A DNA stretch of 64,000 nt, taken from NCBI GenBank assembly GCA_050613775.1, contig JBODTK010000149.1, positions 248,001 through 312,000 of the forward strand. Direction: 5' to 3'. Position 1 is the stretch's first letter. Every line of letters starts with the position of its first letter. The DNA is from Neocallimastix sp. 'constans' (lineage: Eukaryota). Below are positions 10,987 through 41,419 of this stretch, in pieces. Position numbers and translations under genes: made by a program. The notes under the pieces are model-generated. The model made no database searches, was not told the origin of the DNA, and saw nothing but the letters and a program-made list of their open reading frames with translations.

Positions 10987-12398
10987 ATATAATTATAAAT
11001 ACAATTACTTATAGAATAAACTCAAATTTATTTATTGATAGTATTGATAGTTAACAAGAATTAAAAATAATAATAAAAAAAAAAAAAAGAAAGAGAAAAT
11101 AAAACTAATAAAAAATTAATAAATATATTTAAGAATTGAAGTTAATATAATAACTAATAGCAAAAAAAATATATAATAATAATACTTTAAAAAAAAAAAA
11201 GAGAAATAAAATGTAGAAATAATTAAACAATAACAAGTAATAATTGAATAACAGATTAAGGTAAGAAAAAAAAAAGAAAAAAAAAATTAAAATTAAAAAA
11301 TATAAAATTAATTTGATAAAATAAAATAATACTTTAATAAGTAAATTATAACTATAATTTTAATAGTAATAATTATAATAATATAATAATAAAACAGGTA
11401 TAAAACAACAACAACATAATAATAATAATAATAATAATTATAATAAAATAATATATAAAAACTTAATAATGTAATTATTTTATTCCTTTAATTAATTTAA
11501 TAATATTTTAATTAAGCAAAATAATAAATATTAAATGGTGTCTTCATATTGGTAATATTATAGTTTTTGTTTTTTATTTTTTATTCTTTTTATAATTCAC
11601 TTAAAAAAATACTATCTAATAATTAATGAAATCAATTTATATTACATATATATTTAAAAAGGGGGAATATCAGGAAATTGAATAAGCTAAGTATATAATA
11701 AAATATATATATATATATATAATATTTGTTATTCATAAATATATATATATATATTATTTTTTATTTTATTTTATTTTATTTTTTTAAATAATTGCTATAT
11801 TATTCTGGTTAAAGGTGTTGGATTTTTTTTTTATATATGTTTTTATAATTTTATTTATAAATAAGCATATTTAAATAAAGTAACATATTAAAAAATGTAA
11901 AAACGAAGATTTAAAATCCATATTTTACTTTTTTTTTTTTTATTTTTATTTTTATTTTTTATTTTTTAACATGAAACCACTACGTGATTATATAATATTT
12001 ATTTTGCTTTTTTTTTTTTTTTTTTTTTTTTAAGATGTACTAAATTAATGTAGTAATAATGTAACATACATAATGTAATATAATTAATATAATGTAATTC
12101 GAAATTTTATGTTCAACGTAACAAAGTTATATTGCTTAGAAAGTATAAAAGTAATAATATGGGAATAGTGTCGACGGGATTTCCTGTTTCTTTTATAGTT
12201 CTTTCATGGATTTGTGCTTTTTGTTAGCATAATGCTATGCTTGTCTTGATGATTGGAGAGTCATGGTTTACAAATTTATTATAAGAGATAAATAGTATAA
12301 TAAAAATTATCACATGTAAGAAAAAACTCTATTTAATAAGATAAATTTATTTTTTAATTTTATTTCATTTAAAGTTTTATTCTCTTTTAATTCTATAT

Positions 12399-12429
<31 letters not shown>

Positions 12430-13539
12430 CGCTATTCTTTTTTTTTCTAATTTAACCAATAAATTAATAATATGGATTTCATGCTCTATAAAGATTTAGT
12501 TAGAATTTATGTGGAATAATAAAAGAGTGCTTAATACAATCCATTATCCTTTTTTAAAATTAATTTTTTTTTTTTTTTTTTTTTTTTAAAATTAAATATT
12601 AAAGAAAAACAATTTCGATATTTTAAACTAATCAAAAATTTAATGAATATAATCAATATTAGAATATCAAAAATTTGTCTATTAATAAATATCATAAATT
12701 CTCATATCGTTATAATATTATGATTATGATTTATTATGATTATTGATATTGAAATATTCATCAACCAATAAATTATCAGTGAATTACAGTAAAAAAAAAA
12801 AAATTCCACTAAAATAAATAGTATACAAAAAAAAAAAAAAAAAAAAAAAGGATCGACCTTAATTTAATTTGAAATATTAATCCAATTTAATTAATTTTAA
12901 TTAATTTAATATAACATTTTTATTTTATGAATTTAATTATTATTATTATTATTATAATTATTATTTTTTTTTATTTTTTATTTCTATACTTTTTTTATAC
13001 TTTTTTATAATTATTATTATTTGACTAGTTATTATTATTATTCAAGTGATGGTGATTTATCTTTTATTTTATTTTATTTTTTTTTTATTTTATAGCACAC
13101 AAATTATAATTATCTATTTTATAATTTAGTTAAAAGAGTATTTAAATTTATTTTTATCATTATCATATTCAATTTTTAATAAATATTATTAAAATTAATG
13201 ATGCCAATATTAAAAAATCATTATAATATTAATATGAACAATAAATTTAAATTAAATTAATTATTGATAACACTTTTTATTATTATTATTTATTTATTAT
13301 GTTTTTTTTTTTTTTTTTTTTTTTATTTTTATTTTTATTTTATATTTATTGCTTTTTAATAAATATAAAATGATATAATCATAAATTAAAAAAAAAAAAA
13401 AAATTAAGATTTATTTTAATATACATTGGCATAACTATTAATCCAATTAATTTATTATTATAACTTTATAATGGTATAAAAATTTTTTTTATATTAAATA
13501 AAATTATATTATATATTATATATTATTTTAAATAATAAA

Positions 13540-13915
13540 TAAATAAATAAATAATGAATAATAAATAAATAAATAATGAATAATAAATAATAAATAATAA
13601 ATAATAAATAATAAATAATAAATAATAAATAATAAATAATAAATAATAAATAATAAATAATAAATAATAAATAATAAATAATAAATAATTGAATAATAAA
13701 TAATAATAAATAATAAATAATTAAATAATAAATAATTAAATAATAAATAATAAATAATAAATAAATAATAAATAATTGAATAATAAATAATAAATAATTA
13801 AATAATAAATAATTAAATAATAAATAATAAATAATAAATAATAAATAATTCAATAATAAATAATAAATAATAAATAATAAATAATAAATAATAAATAATA
13901 AATAATAAATAAATA
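13540..13915. repeat. (AATAAAT)n heptamer tandem array
   Basis: Direct reading; accounts for spurious ORF 13509-13853. Confidence 0.9.
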
Positions 13916-14425
13916 GATAATAAATTAATAATTAGATAAATAAATATTCATATATATAATACATAATAAATAATAAATAAGAATTCTATTTAAATTTGCT
14001 AAGAATCTCTATAATTATGAAATAAAATGGTTACGGCTTAAATTAATATTAGAATACATATACATATATTATTATATTATTGGTGTATAAATAAAAAATA
14101 ATGATAAAATTTTTTAATACATTTATATATTGATGTTGTATACATATACATTAATAATTATTTAAATTTAAATTTATAATCTATATTAAATAATGCTGTG
14201 TGTTATATTTTCTGTGTTTTTTTTTTTTAAACTTTTTTTTTTTTTTTTTTTAAAATGAAATTTCAAATGACATTTTTATCTAAATAGTACTCTTCTTTCT
14301 TACAGCATTAAAATTTTCGAGCATATATTTATTTAAAAACAATAAGTTTGGTAAAATTGAAATGTAATAGTTGCATTGATTTGATTAACAAGTTTAATAA
14401 TTATATATATATATTTATATTTATA

Positions 14426-14457
<32 letters not shown>

Positions 14458-14839
14458 AAAACTTTAAAAGCTTAATATTAAATTTTAATTATTATCAATA
14501 TCTTTTAAATTTTATTTATATTAAATTATATTAATTTTTTCAATTTATCCAATAAACTAAGTAATTATAATAAATGTTAATTATTATTAAAATATATGAA
14601 AAATAGTAAAATAGTAATAATAATAAAAAAAATTATTAAGTTAACAATAAAAAAAAAAAAAAAATAGATTCCCATTAATAATAATAATAATAATATTAAT
14701 TATTATTTATTAAAATAATTTAGGAGAGTAGGCTTTTTTTTTATTTTTATTTTTATTTTTTTTTTATTTTTATCGTTGCAATTATATATTTTATATACAT
14801 TTGATGCTTCATAAAATTAAAAAAAATTATAATTATGTA

Positions 14840-15777
14840 ATGATGATATATATAATAATCTTATTCATACTTTATGACATAGTAAAAGCAATAGACTATC
14901 CTAAAATATGTAATGAAAATTAAATTAATATGTTTAAATTAAAAAAAAAAAAAAAAATCAACAGACAAAAAAAAAAAAAAAAAAAAAAGAGAGAGAAAAT
15001 AAATAAATAAATAAATAAAAATAAATAATTAATCTTTTTTTTTATTTTATTTTATTTTTACATTAATATATCCTCTATATGATGAATTAATCATTTATAT
15101 TCTTTTGTTATATGAATATAAAATATATTTAAAAAAATCACTATATTAAAAATATATATACTGATATATATATATACATATATATAACGATAAATATACA
15201 TTTTATTTATTATATTATATTATTAAATTAATTAATAGATGGTCATTATAAAAATGGAACAACTGTTGAAATATGTCCATTAAATGCTGTTGAATGTACG
15301 GATGTTGCACCATCATATACAATCGGTGAAGGGGAAGAAGAATTCTTGGTATGGACTCCCTTTGGAGAGCCAGGAATAGCAGGTGAACATGTGGGTATTA
15401 TTTTAGCAAAGGCTCTTAGAGAAATAATATTTGAGACAAGGGATGAGATAACAAAAAAAGATAAAATAAAAGGTAGAATAGAAGTAGTTAGTTGGTCTGA
15501 GGCAGCATATAAGCCAATATGTAAAGAAAATGACCCAAATTCAAAATGCCCATCAGTAATTATTTTGGGAACAACCCAATTTGCTTATCGATCAAAAATG
15601 AAAGATATAGCAATTTTAGATTCTTTTTTTGATCAATATTTAAATGATACACATGAACCTTTAACAGATAGTTTTTTAAAACAAGTATATTATGATTATA
15701 ATATAGATTCTCATTTTATGGCAGTTCCTTTAATTTTAGATATTCGTTTATTATATTTTAAGTATGCTTTTCCTTCT

Positions 15778-15826
<49 letters not shown>

Positions 15827-16679
15827 CATTATAAAATTATTTTTATTTAATGTAAATATTTTATATCATTATTATTGTTGGTATTTTTTTTTTTTTGAAC
15901 ATAAAAAATTATTATAATTTTTTTTTTATATTAAACTCCATAAAAAATTAATATATATTAAAATTTAATTATTTTATTTTAATTAATTTTAAAGTCGAAC
16001 AACGTTTGATAGACTTCAATTGAACTATCCACCGGTAATAAATAATTTAACATAATAATTAAAATTTTTCTTTAATCGTTTTAGAAAAAAGAAATTTTTT
16101 TTTTTTTTTTTTTTTTTTCACTAACAACAAATATATAAAACATATATATTCAATTTATTTATTTATTATTATTATATATATATATTAATGTTATTATTAT
16201 TATTAAAAAAAATTATATAAAATTCTAATATATATATATGTATTATTTAAAGCCATATGGTAATTGGGGATCATATTCAAAACCATATTATGATGATTGG
16301 AATTGGGAAAAATTTGTGGAATATGTTAATATAATTAATCAAAATTTTCCTGATCAGGATTCATTTTCATTTACAGGTCAATATGATGAAGAAATGAAAC
16401 TTTTTCATATGATTATTAGAAATTATTTTATTGAAACTATTGATGAAAATAAGACTTGTGGCTATTTAAATAATAAAGAAAGATTATTAGAAATTATAGA
16501 AAAAATTATTAAACCAATTTTTTCAAAATTAGGAGATAAATGGTATCCAAATAATAAGGAAACCATGTCATTTTTAAATAATAAAACATATATTGAACCA
16601 GAAAATTTACCAAGAATGTAATTATAAATAATAATAATAAATAACAACAAACAAACAACAGTAATAATAATGGATATAA

Positions 16680-16728
<49 letters not shown>

Positions 16729-19338
16729 TTCTTTATTAAATATTATATATTAATAAGTTGTTGTCGTGATACATCAGAATATAGTAATGGAGTTTTTGGG
16801 ATTACAATTGATAGTCCAAATTCAATGAGAAAAGTCAAACTGTATGGAGAAAAAAGTAATCAAAATGGTGAAATTGCTGCAGGGTATATACCAGGATCAA
16901 CATCATGTAATATTGAATGAAAAATTGAATCTTAATATTTATATTTATTTATTAACTTATTTTATTATATTTTATTTTATATTATTTCATTCATATCATT
17001 TCATTTTTTTTTTAATATTGATTATTTAAAAAAAAATTAATTGAATATTTTTAGATTTAGGTGGATCAGGAATTGCAATCACAAGTTATATTTCAGATTA
17101 TTTAAAGAAAGTGGCCTGGAAATTTATTTTAAAACTTATTGATCCTATAAATGGATATTTAACAGATATCGGAAGAGCTACAAATATGATGCCTCCTTAT
17201 GATTCATTATATGATATAAAATTTTGGAATGAAGAACAATGGAATATACCAAAAAATCAAATTCGTCATTCTCTTCAAATTCAATATCCCCGTCAAACAT
17301 TCCCAGAATTTGGTGAATTAGAAGATCGACATATTATAAGATTAATGATGTAATTTTTTTTTTTCTTCTTCTTCTATTGTTAACTTATATATATATATAT
17401 ATATATAATGATATATTTAATTAAATAATAGTATAATTTGACATTAAATACTTTAATTTTTATTATTATTTTATTGTTAATTTTTTAATATTAAGACTTG
17501 AAATATTAAAGAAAAATATAGAACCTTCTGAAGCTATTGATAGATGCTGTAAATTAATGAATAGTATATTAGCTGGGGCATGTTCAGATGAACATTGGGT
17601 AAGTAAGAAAAAAAAAAAAAAGAAAAAAAAAAAAAAAAGAAAAAATTATTTTGTAATAAAAATAAAATAGAATAATCTTATTTTATTTTTATTTTTATTT
17701 TTTTTTCTTTTTAAATTTTAAGAAATTATATATTAATAAATAATAAATTATTAACTAAATATAATATTTAAAAATTATTTATATATATGCATTAATTTAT
17801 TATTTACATAAACTATTGAATGTTAAATATATTTATTAATATTGAAATAAAAAAATTTAAATGAAATATGAAACCATTATATTTTAATATTATGATAAAT
17901 AAGAGCTATAGTATTGGAGATTGTTCAAGTTTTAATAATAGAAAGGTTACTTTTAATTGGATTAATTCTTGTAAAGGTGGTATTCCACTTCCTAAAGACA
18001 CTACTATATCATGTTCTTATATTTCATTTAGATCAGGTATTGGTGGATCAATGGTTGTTTTTTCAGTTCTTGGTATAATGATAAGTTTGATTTACATATT
18101 TTTATTTTTAAGATATAAAAATACTGAACCTATTAAAAAAGCACCTTTAAACTTTTCTTTAATTGTTATATTGGGATCGATATTGAATTATGCCTCAGTT
18201 ATATTTAGTACTGGAAACCCTGATGAATTTAAATGTATTTTAAATAAATGGTTTTTAATTATTGGCCTAAGTTTAGCATTTGGTGGATTAACAGTGAAAC
18301 TTAAGAAAGTTTATGTAATATATAAAAAAAGAGAATTAAATCAGGGATATATATCAGATGTTAAACTTTATCGAATATTAATAGGGCTTATTGCCCTTAA
18401 TACTATTGCTTTAATTTTTTGGACAAGTTTTAATAGTCCTATTGTGAGTAAATCAACCAATGAAGAACGAATTAATAGTAGAGTTATTCAATATGATGTT
18501 ACTAGATGTAAAAATCCTCGTGAACAAAATATAGTTACTCTATTCTTTATATATATTTTTAATATTGTTATACTGCTTTATGGGTAATTAGAAGTTATAT
18601 ATTTTTAATTAAATACAATTACAATTGTTTTATTTTTAAATAAAAAAAAAAAAAAAAAAAATTATATTAATATATTTATTTATTATTTATTTATTTCTTT
18701 TATTTTCTATATTAAACTAAAAAATTTATATATATATATATATATATATAAATATTTAAAAAAAAAAAAATAATAATAATAAATAATTATATAGGTTATG
18801 GTTATCTTATAAGACATGGACAATTCCACAAAGTTATACTGAAACCAAATTTGTGGGTACATGTATTTTCATATCTACTCTTGGTATTTTCATAGCAATT
18901 CCATTAATATGGTTTTCTTATACCGATGAAATAAATTATTTAATAAAATCATTAATTCTTAATTTTTCTACTGCAGTGACTGTTAGTGTATACTGTGTAC
19001 CAAAAATAAGGGCAGCATACTATTATAGTGCCCTTTTATTAAAAAAGAAAGATTCAAATGAATTATTAGTTAATGATTTATCTAATGATAAGGTATGATT
19101 AATATTAAATTTATTATCATTATCATCAATAATAGTTAAATATTAATATTATTAATATTATTATTATTGTTTTAAAAATAAAACATTTTTTTTTTTTTTT
19201 TATATAAATATATGTTTAAAAAAAAAAAAAAAATAAATAAATATATATATAAAGATTACTGAATCCGTATGTTGTCCAAATTGTGGTGCATTAATAACTA
19301 GTAATCTTAATCAATTTGAAACCCAAGAAACTCGTTAA
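14840..19338 (+). CDS. Class C (7tm_3)-like GPCR with N-terminal extracellular solute-binding protein domain, multi-exon
   Basis: Exon 1 14840-14909 encodes a signal peptide (MMIYIIILFILYDIVKA) and splices in frame to 15239; SBP-like motifs LLYFNRTTF..WNWEKF and FLGGSGIAI..AWKFI; 7tm_3 motifs PIKKAPLNF, CILNKWFLIIGLSLAFGGLTVK, ETKFVG; stop at 19336-19338. Confidence 0.85.
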
Positions 19339-19451
19339 TTAAATCCATGGATTACATCAATTAAATATAAAATTTTATTTTTTATAAATATCTTTTTTTT
19401 TTTTAATTTTTTTATTTTTTTTATTTTTAATTATTATTTTTTTTATTAATA

Positions 19452-19486
<35 letters not shown>

Positions 19487-19997
19487 TAATATCTTTTAAT
19501 TTTTATTTTCAATTTTATAATAATAATCGTAATAAAAAAAATAATATGCACTTATAATATTATTTATTTAATAATAAATTATCTAAATTAAAAACAAGAA
19601 AAAAATAATAATATATAATTAATTACTATTTTTAGACATACTTAAAAAAAAAAAAAAAAAAAAAAAAATAAAATCAATATCTTTAACATGATATTCATTA
19701 ATTATAAAAATAACAAAACTTTTTTTTTTTTAAAAAAAAATATATATATATATATAATTTAATAATTTATATATATATTATTCATGTTAAACTAACAATT
19801 ATTATTTTATTAAATAATTAAATAACAAGTTAAACCAATAAATTAATAATAATAATAATAATAATAATAAAGAAGAAAAATAAAAAAAAATATAAAAAAA
19901 AATTTTTTTTTTTTAATATATTAAAAATATACTAAAACATATTTTTATTTGTTTATTTGTTTTAATATTTGCAATTTTTTTTTTTTTTTTTTAATTA

Positions 19998-20540
19998 TTA
20001 ATTAGTAATAGTTTTATTCTTATTTTTTTTCTTATTCTTCTTACGCTTGTTCTTTTTTTTAATACTACCCGTAGTTTTTATTATTCCAATTCGGTTATTA
20101 TTATTATTATCATCATCATCATCATTATCATTTTTATTTGTATTATCATTGCTATTATGGTTAGTTATTTCATTACTTTCAATACTATCATTCTTTTCTA
20201 TGTTTCCTTCACCCGATTTTTCTTCTTCTTTGTTATCACTAACAGTGTTTACAATTTCTTCATTGGATATATCATTATTATCGGTATTTCCATTTTTATT
20301 TTCATTTGGATTGATTCTTTCAAAACAAGATACAAAAAAACCAATAACATAATCTTCTTCAGGTAATGTTCTTGCAACATATTCCGCTAAATAAAATAAT
20401 TATTATTAATAAATTTAATATAATTTAAATAAATTAGAGAATTAGGATTATACTATAAATCTATTTAAAAAAAAAATAATTTAAAATTTTATTAAAAAAA
20501 AATATATATATATATATGTACACAAATACATATAAAAATA

Positions 20541-20600
<60 letters not shown>

Positions 20601-20766
20601 GTAAATACCATTTTTAACAGATCCTTTTAATCCTCTTCTTTTCCATTGAGGAATACAATGAGAAGATAATCTAAATTCATTAGTTGATTCTAAAGCTCTT
20701 CTTACTACATCTTCATTTTCAATTTGATGAATAGAACAAGTGGAATAACTTATTCTTTTAACTGCT

Positions 20767-20803
<37 letters not shown>

Positions 20804-21134
20804 AATATAATATATTATATATATATATATTTATATTAAAATTATTATCAATAAATAATTATTTACATTATATATATATATATAGGATTAATATTAATAT
20901 TTACATTTAAATGCATGTTGGATGGTGGATAATTGAAAATCTGAAAGTGATTTTAATCTTTCTTGAACTAATTTATTTGATGTGTCCTTTATATCAAGTA
21001 TAGTTTCATTTTCATCTTCCTCTATTTTAATAAATTAATAAAAATTAATATATATATATACATATAGATGTAAATGTATATATTTTTATATATAATTAAA
21101 TTAATAAATTATATATTTTATATAGGTAATTATA

Positions 21135-21169
<35 letters not shown>

Positions 21170-21764
21170 TTATTATTTTAATTATTTAATTATTATTACC
21201 TTGAGATTTTTGATTTAAAATTTGATCTAAACGACTAACAATACCAGAACCTGAACAAGATGGATCTAATAAAATATATTCTACCTATATATATACATAT
21301 TATTATTATTATTATTATTATGTTTATTATTATTTTTTATAAAAAATATATTAAATATTATTTTAATTATTAATATTTTATTTTTGTTGTTATTTTATTT
21401 TTTTATTTTTATTTTTTTTACTTTTGCATATTTTGGATCATTTGGATCAGTTTCAAGGAAATTTTCATTAATTGGTTCAATACAAGTACATCCTGCTTTA
21501 CTTGTTAACCTTTTTAATAATCCTAATCTTCTTTTATCTAAATCAAATGCAAATATTTTCCCTTCATTTCCCATCAAACTTGCAACATGGGAAGTTTTAT
21601 TTCCTGGTGCTGCACAACCATCAATGACAACAGATCCTGGTGGGGCACCTAAAACATGAGCGGGGAAACAACTAGCTTTATCCTATATATAACAAAGACA
21701 ACTTAATAAAAATAGTTTATGAATGAATTAATTTTATATATATATATATATTTTTTTTTATTTT

Positions 21765-21815
<51 letters not shown>

Positions 21816-22863
21816 CCAAATTATTTACCTGTAATATTAAAGTACCATTTAAATAAAGTGGATGGTCATGAAAATCACTATTTGAGGGAAAAACTAATAA
21901 ATCCTTTAAATGAAAATCTTTTCTAAATGTTTTCGGTCTAATTTATATATATATATTTATTTAAGTTTATATTTTAATTTATTTTAATTTATTATTTTTT
22001 TTTTAATTTATTTATTATTATTATTTTTTTTTTTTTAAAATGAATATTCATTCATTAGATTATATTGATTATTATTATTACTTAAAGTGAGCCAATTCTT
22101 TTCCTTCAGCAGGTGGTAATAATTTAAAACCGTCATTTTTTTGAAAATATTCAACGACTTCGTCTACAGTTGATTTTAATAAATTTACTCTAACATATCT
22201 TGGCAATACAACTTTATTTTTTTTAAAAAAAAAGAAAGAAATCATTTCAATAAAATTTAGATGATTATTTTAAATTTTTTTCTTTCGTTATATATTTATG
22301 AATTATATATATAAATTATATTTATAATTGAATAATAAATTACATGGATTTTTAATTTCTTCAGGTAATAAATCTTCATTATTGATTGCATTATGTTTAA
22401 TTTTTATTTTTACTAATTCAGCATTTAATCTTGCCTGAATAATGTGAAAATCATTTTTTTTTTTTTTTTTATATGAAGTTTGTACAGAAGTTATTCAAAA
22501 AATATGAAATATTATATATAAATATATATGTCAAAATTACAAATATAAAAATTAATTTTAATAATGGTTATAATAATAATATAATATTTTAATTATAATT
22601 ACCTTATTTTTATTCATAATTTTTTGAAATGCAGGAGCATTTTTAAAATTTTTTGCATGGCCAAATAATAAATCATACACTAAAATAATCGCTAATGATT
22701 TTGATAATTTTCTTTCATTTTTTAAAAGTTGAGATTTTTCTATAATTTCAACTATAATAGGTTTATCTAATTATTTTTATTATTATAAATTAATAAATTT
22801 CAATTATAAAATTTATTAATAAAAATTAAATTGGATTATAAAAATTGTATTAAGGGGAAAAAC

Positions 22864-22901
<38 letters not shown>

Positions 22902-23049
22902 TACATTTTAGTGTTTCATTGATAATAGCATACATCTTCTTCTTTTCCTTTACGTCATTTGCCAATGTAACAGCCTTAATTGTTGTTTTTTTTAAGGCTA
23001 ATTTATCTAAAATTTTTGCAGCTTGTATATAAAACCCAGGTGCCGACAT
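19998..23049 (-). CDS. NSUN5: 25S/28S rRNA (cytosine-C5)-methyltransferase, multi-exon
   Basis: IPRYVRVN, QDKASCFPA, IDGCAAPGNKTSH, ILLDPSCSGSG, VYSTCSIHQIENEDVV, WKRRG, GFFVSCFER; yeast orthologue RCM1. Confidence 0.93.
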
Positions 23050-23619
23050 TTTTAAAATTTCATTAATTGTTAAAAAAAATTAAATAAAATTTTTATAACA
23101 AAAAATTTTTATTTTTTTTTTTTATTTTTTTATTATTTTTTTTTTTTTTTTATTATTTTAAATTATTTTTTTAAAAAGATTTATTGTCCAATAAAAAAAA
23201 TAGAAATTATGTTAAGTAAATTAAAAATTTTTTAATATATGAAATAAAAAACTACAATTATTGTAAATTTTATTTTTTTTTTTTTTATAAACATTTAAAT
23301 TTTGAAAAATGAAATTTTAATTTTTACAAAGAAGATTAAATTCTAACATTTCATTTTCAATAATAATATTATTAATAAATAATTTATTTACTTTTAAATA
23401 AATAATATATTTATAATAATTTTGTATTTATAATAAATCAATTTTGTTATATAATTGGTCATAAAGCAAGTTTTCAATAGTTTATTATTATTATTATTAT
23501 TATTATTATTTTTCTTTGACATACTTTTTCTATTTAAAATATTTATTAAATAATTATTTATTTAATTATTTCAAATTTAAAATCGGTTAATTAAATTATA
23601 TTTTAATGAAATTGTAAAT

Positions 23620-32462
<8,843 letters not shown>

Positions 32463-32466
32463 AATA

Positions 32467-32510
<44 letters not shown>

Positions 32511-33097
32511 GAATAATATAATATTAAAATTTACATTATGAATTAAAAAACAATCATTGTATTTTATATTTATATATATATATATATATGTATATATATT
32601 TTATATATATATAATAATAAAAAATTTTATTTATCTATTATTAAATCAAAAAAAAAAAAAAATAAAATATAAATTTACAATAATATAATTACGAAATCTA
32701 ATTTTTTTTTTTTTTTATTTTTTTAACATTATTTATTTTTTTATTTATTTATTCTTTATTTATTATTACTATTATTTTTTTTTTATGTTTATTACATTTT
32801 AATATTTTTATTTTTTATTTTTTATTTTTTTTATTTTTTTTATTTTTATTTTTATTTTTTTTTATTTTAATTTTATTTATTTTATTTTTTTTTTTTATTT
32901 TATTTATTTTTTTTTGTTCTTTGTTATTCGTTTATGCTATTATTATTATTATTATTATTATTGTTTTATTATAATTTAATTTTTTTTTTATTTTTTTAAT
33001 TATAAATATATATATATATTATTTTTAATTTTTTTTTTTTTTTTTTTTTTTTTAATTATTTTATTTTATTTTATTTTATCATTATTTTATTATTTAT

Positions 33098-39042
<5,945 letters not shown>

Positions 39043-39406
39043 TTATTAATTTATTGTTATAATTATTTAAAAAAAATATTATATATATATGTATATTTAT
39101 TTATTTAATAATGTATAATTACATTAATTTATTTCATTATTATTATTATTATTATTATTATTTTTTTTTTTTTAATAATTAACAAAATTTTATTATAGAA
39201 TAAATTTTAAATTTAAAATAAATTTAAATAACATTTTATTGTTAATTTTATTATTCTATTTATAATTTTTATAATATAACAATTTAATAATTATATTCCA
39301 TTTAGACTAAAAATTCATTTATTCAAATAATTAATAATTATTTTTATTATCTTTTTAAAAATATTTGTTTATATTTTTTTAAAATATAATTTAAAGTAAT
39401 TTAATG

Positions 39407-39449
<43 letters not shown>

Positions 39450-41147
39450 AAAAAAAAATAATTTTTTAAAATTTAAAGTTAGCTTAAAAAGAATTTCAAT
39501 AATTTAAAGGATTTTCTTTTATATTTATATTAATTTTATAATTTTCAAATTTAATATTAAATTTTCATTTTTTTTTATCTTATTTTCAATATATATAATT
39601 TATTTTATATATATGAAAATAAAAATGTGTTAAATGTTAAAATATATTTAAATATATATAAAATATATAATAACAAATATAATATATATGTTAAAATTTT
39701 ATTAAAAATATTTATTGTATAATATAAAATTATTAAATTAAAAAAAAATAATTATATTATAAAAAATATAAAAATTATTATATAATATAGTAAAATATAA
39801 TGTATTATACAATAAAATATGTTAAAAACTTTAATATTAATTTAAAATAAAATAAAAATAAAAATTTTTTTCCTTTGTATTTTTTTTATTTCATTTAAGT
39901 AAATATTATATAATAAAATAAAATACATTATATATAATATATACTTTATTTAATATAATATAATATAATATGATATAATTTAATTTGAAATGAAAGGAAT
40001 GAATAATTATTAATTATTAAACTTTTTAACTTTTTTAGTAATTTTTTTAATAATAATTTAAAGTAAAAAATAAAATAAAATAAAATAAAATAAAATATTG
40101 ATCTTGTGTAACATCTTTATTGATTATTTAATTAATTAATTTTTAAAAAAAAAAAGTTTGAAATATTACTTGAATTATTAGTTTAAATAATGTGATAAAT
40201 TAAATTGATTCATTTTTTTAAAGGTTTAAAATTTTTAATAATATTTTGAAGGAATACTGAATTTAACAAAGCGCAATATTTAAGTATTATTTGAATAATT
40301 TATTATTATTATTATTATAATTATTATTATTATTATTGAAATATATAAAATATTAATTTATAATAAGTCTGAAATTTATTATGAATAATTAATGGAAAGA
40401 AAAGTAAAAAAAAAAAAAGTTTAATTAAAAAAAAAATTATATCAGTAATATTCACAATAAACTAAACTAAAATAAATATAACTAAATATATCTTAATTAA
40501 TAATTATATAATCAAATAAAAAAAAAAAAAAAAATTACTTAACTATCATCAAATTTTACCTTTAACAAAAATAATAATTTTATATATACTGAAAAAGCCA
40601 TTAAATAAAAAACTTTTGATGAAATATATTTATATAAAATAAAAATAAAAATAAAAATTTACTTTATTAATCTATAAATTTATAAATTATATATAAATAT
40701 TATTATTATTATTATTATTAATTTTTTTTTTTATAAAATAAAAGTTATTCTTCACAATAATACTTCAACATTTCTGTATAAATATATTCTATTACTATTT
40801 GTAGTAAAATTATTAAAATTGTTTGTGCATAAACATGTGAAAGAATTTAAAATTTTTATTTTTATTTTATTTTATTTTTTTTTTTTTTTTTTTGAATAAA
40901 TTAATAGAAAATAAAATTAAATAACTAATATTAATGTAATTAATTTCATTTTTTTATTTTCACTTTTTTTCTTCTATTTTCTAATAAAAACTAAGAATAA
41001 AATTATGAATAAATGGAATAATATATAAAAATAGTAATATCATATATAAATTATTTAATTTTTTAAATATTATTTATTAAAAAAAAAAAAAAAATTATAC
41101 TAATATTATTATAATTAATTTATTTAAATATATAACAAAAACAAAAA

Positions 41148-41185
<38 letters not shown>

Positions 41186-41419
41186 TAATAATAAAAATAG
41201 ATATTTTTGTATTTATTTTATTTTTTTATTAGTATTATTATTACTTTTTTTTTTTTTTAATTAATTTATTTATTTTTTTTTTCAATTAAATAAAACTTAT
41301 TTCAAATTAGATGTAACATATATATTAATGATTATATAAATTAAAAGATAATTTTTTTTTTTTAAATAATAATAATAATAATTATAATAATAATAATTAT
41401 AATTATAATAATAATATTA

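Noticed and set aside
13509..13853. 114-aa hydrophobic ORF
   Set aside because: Translation of the AATAAAT tandem repeat
20047..20366. Plus-strand hydrophobic ORFs
   Set aside because: Antisense to the Lys/Asn-rich last exon of NSUN5
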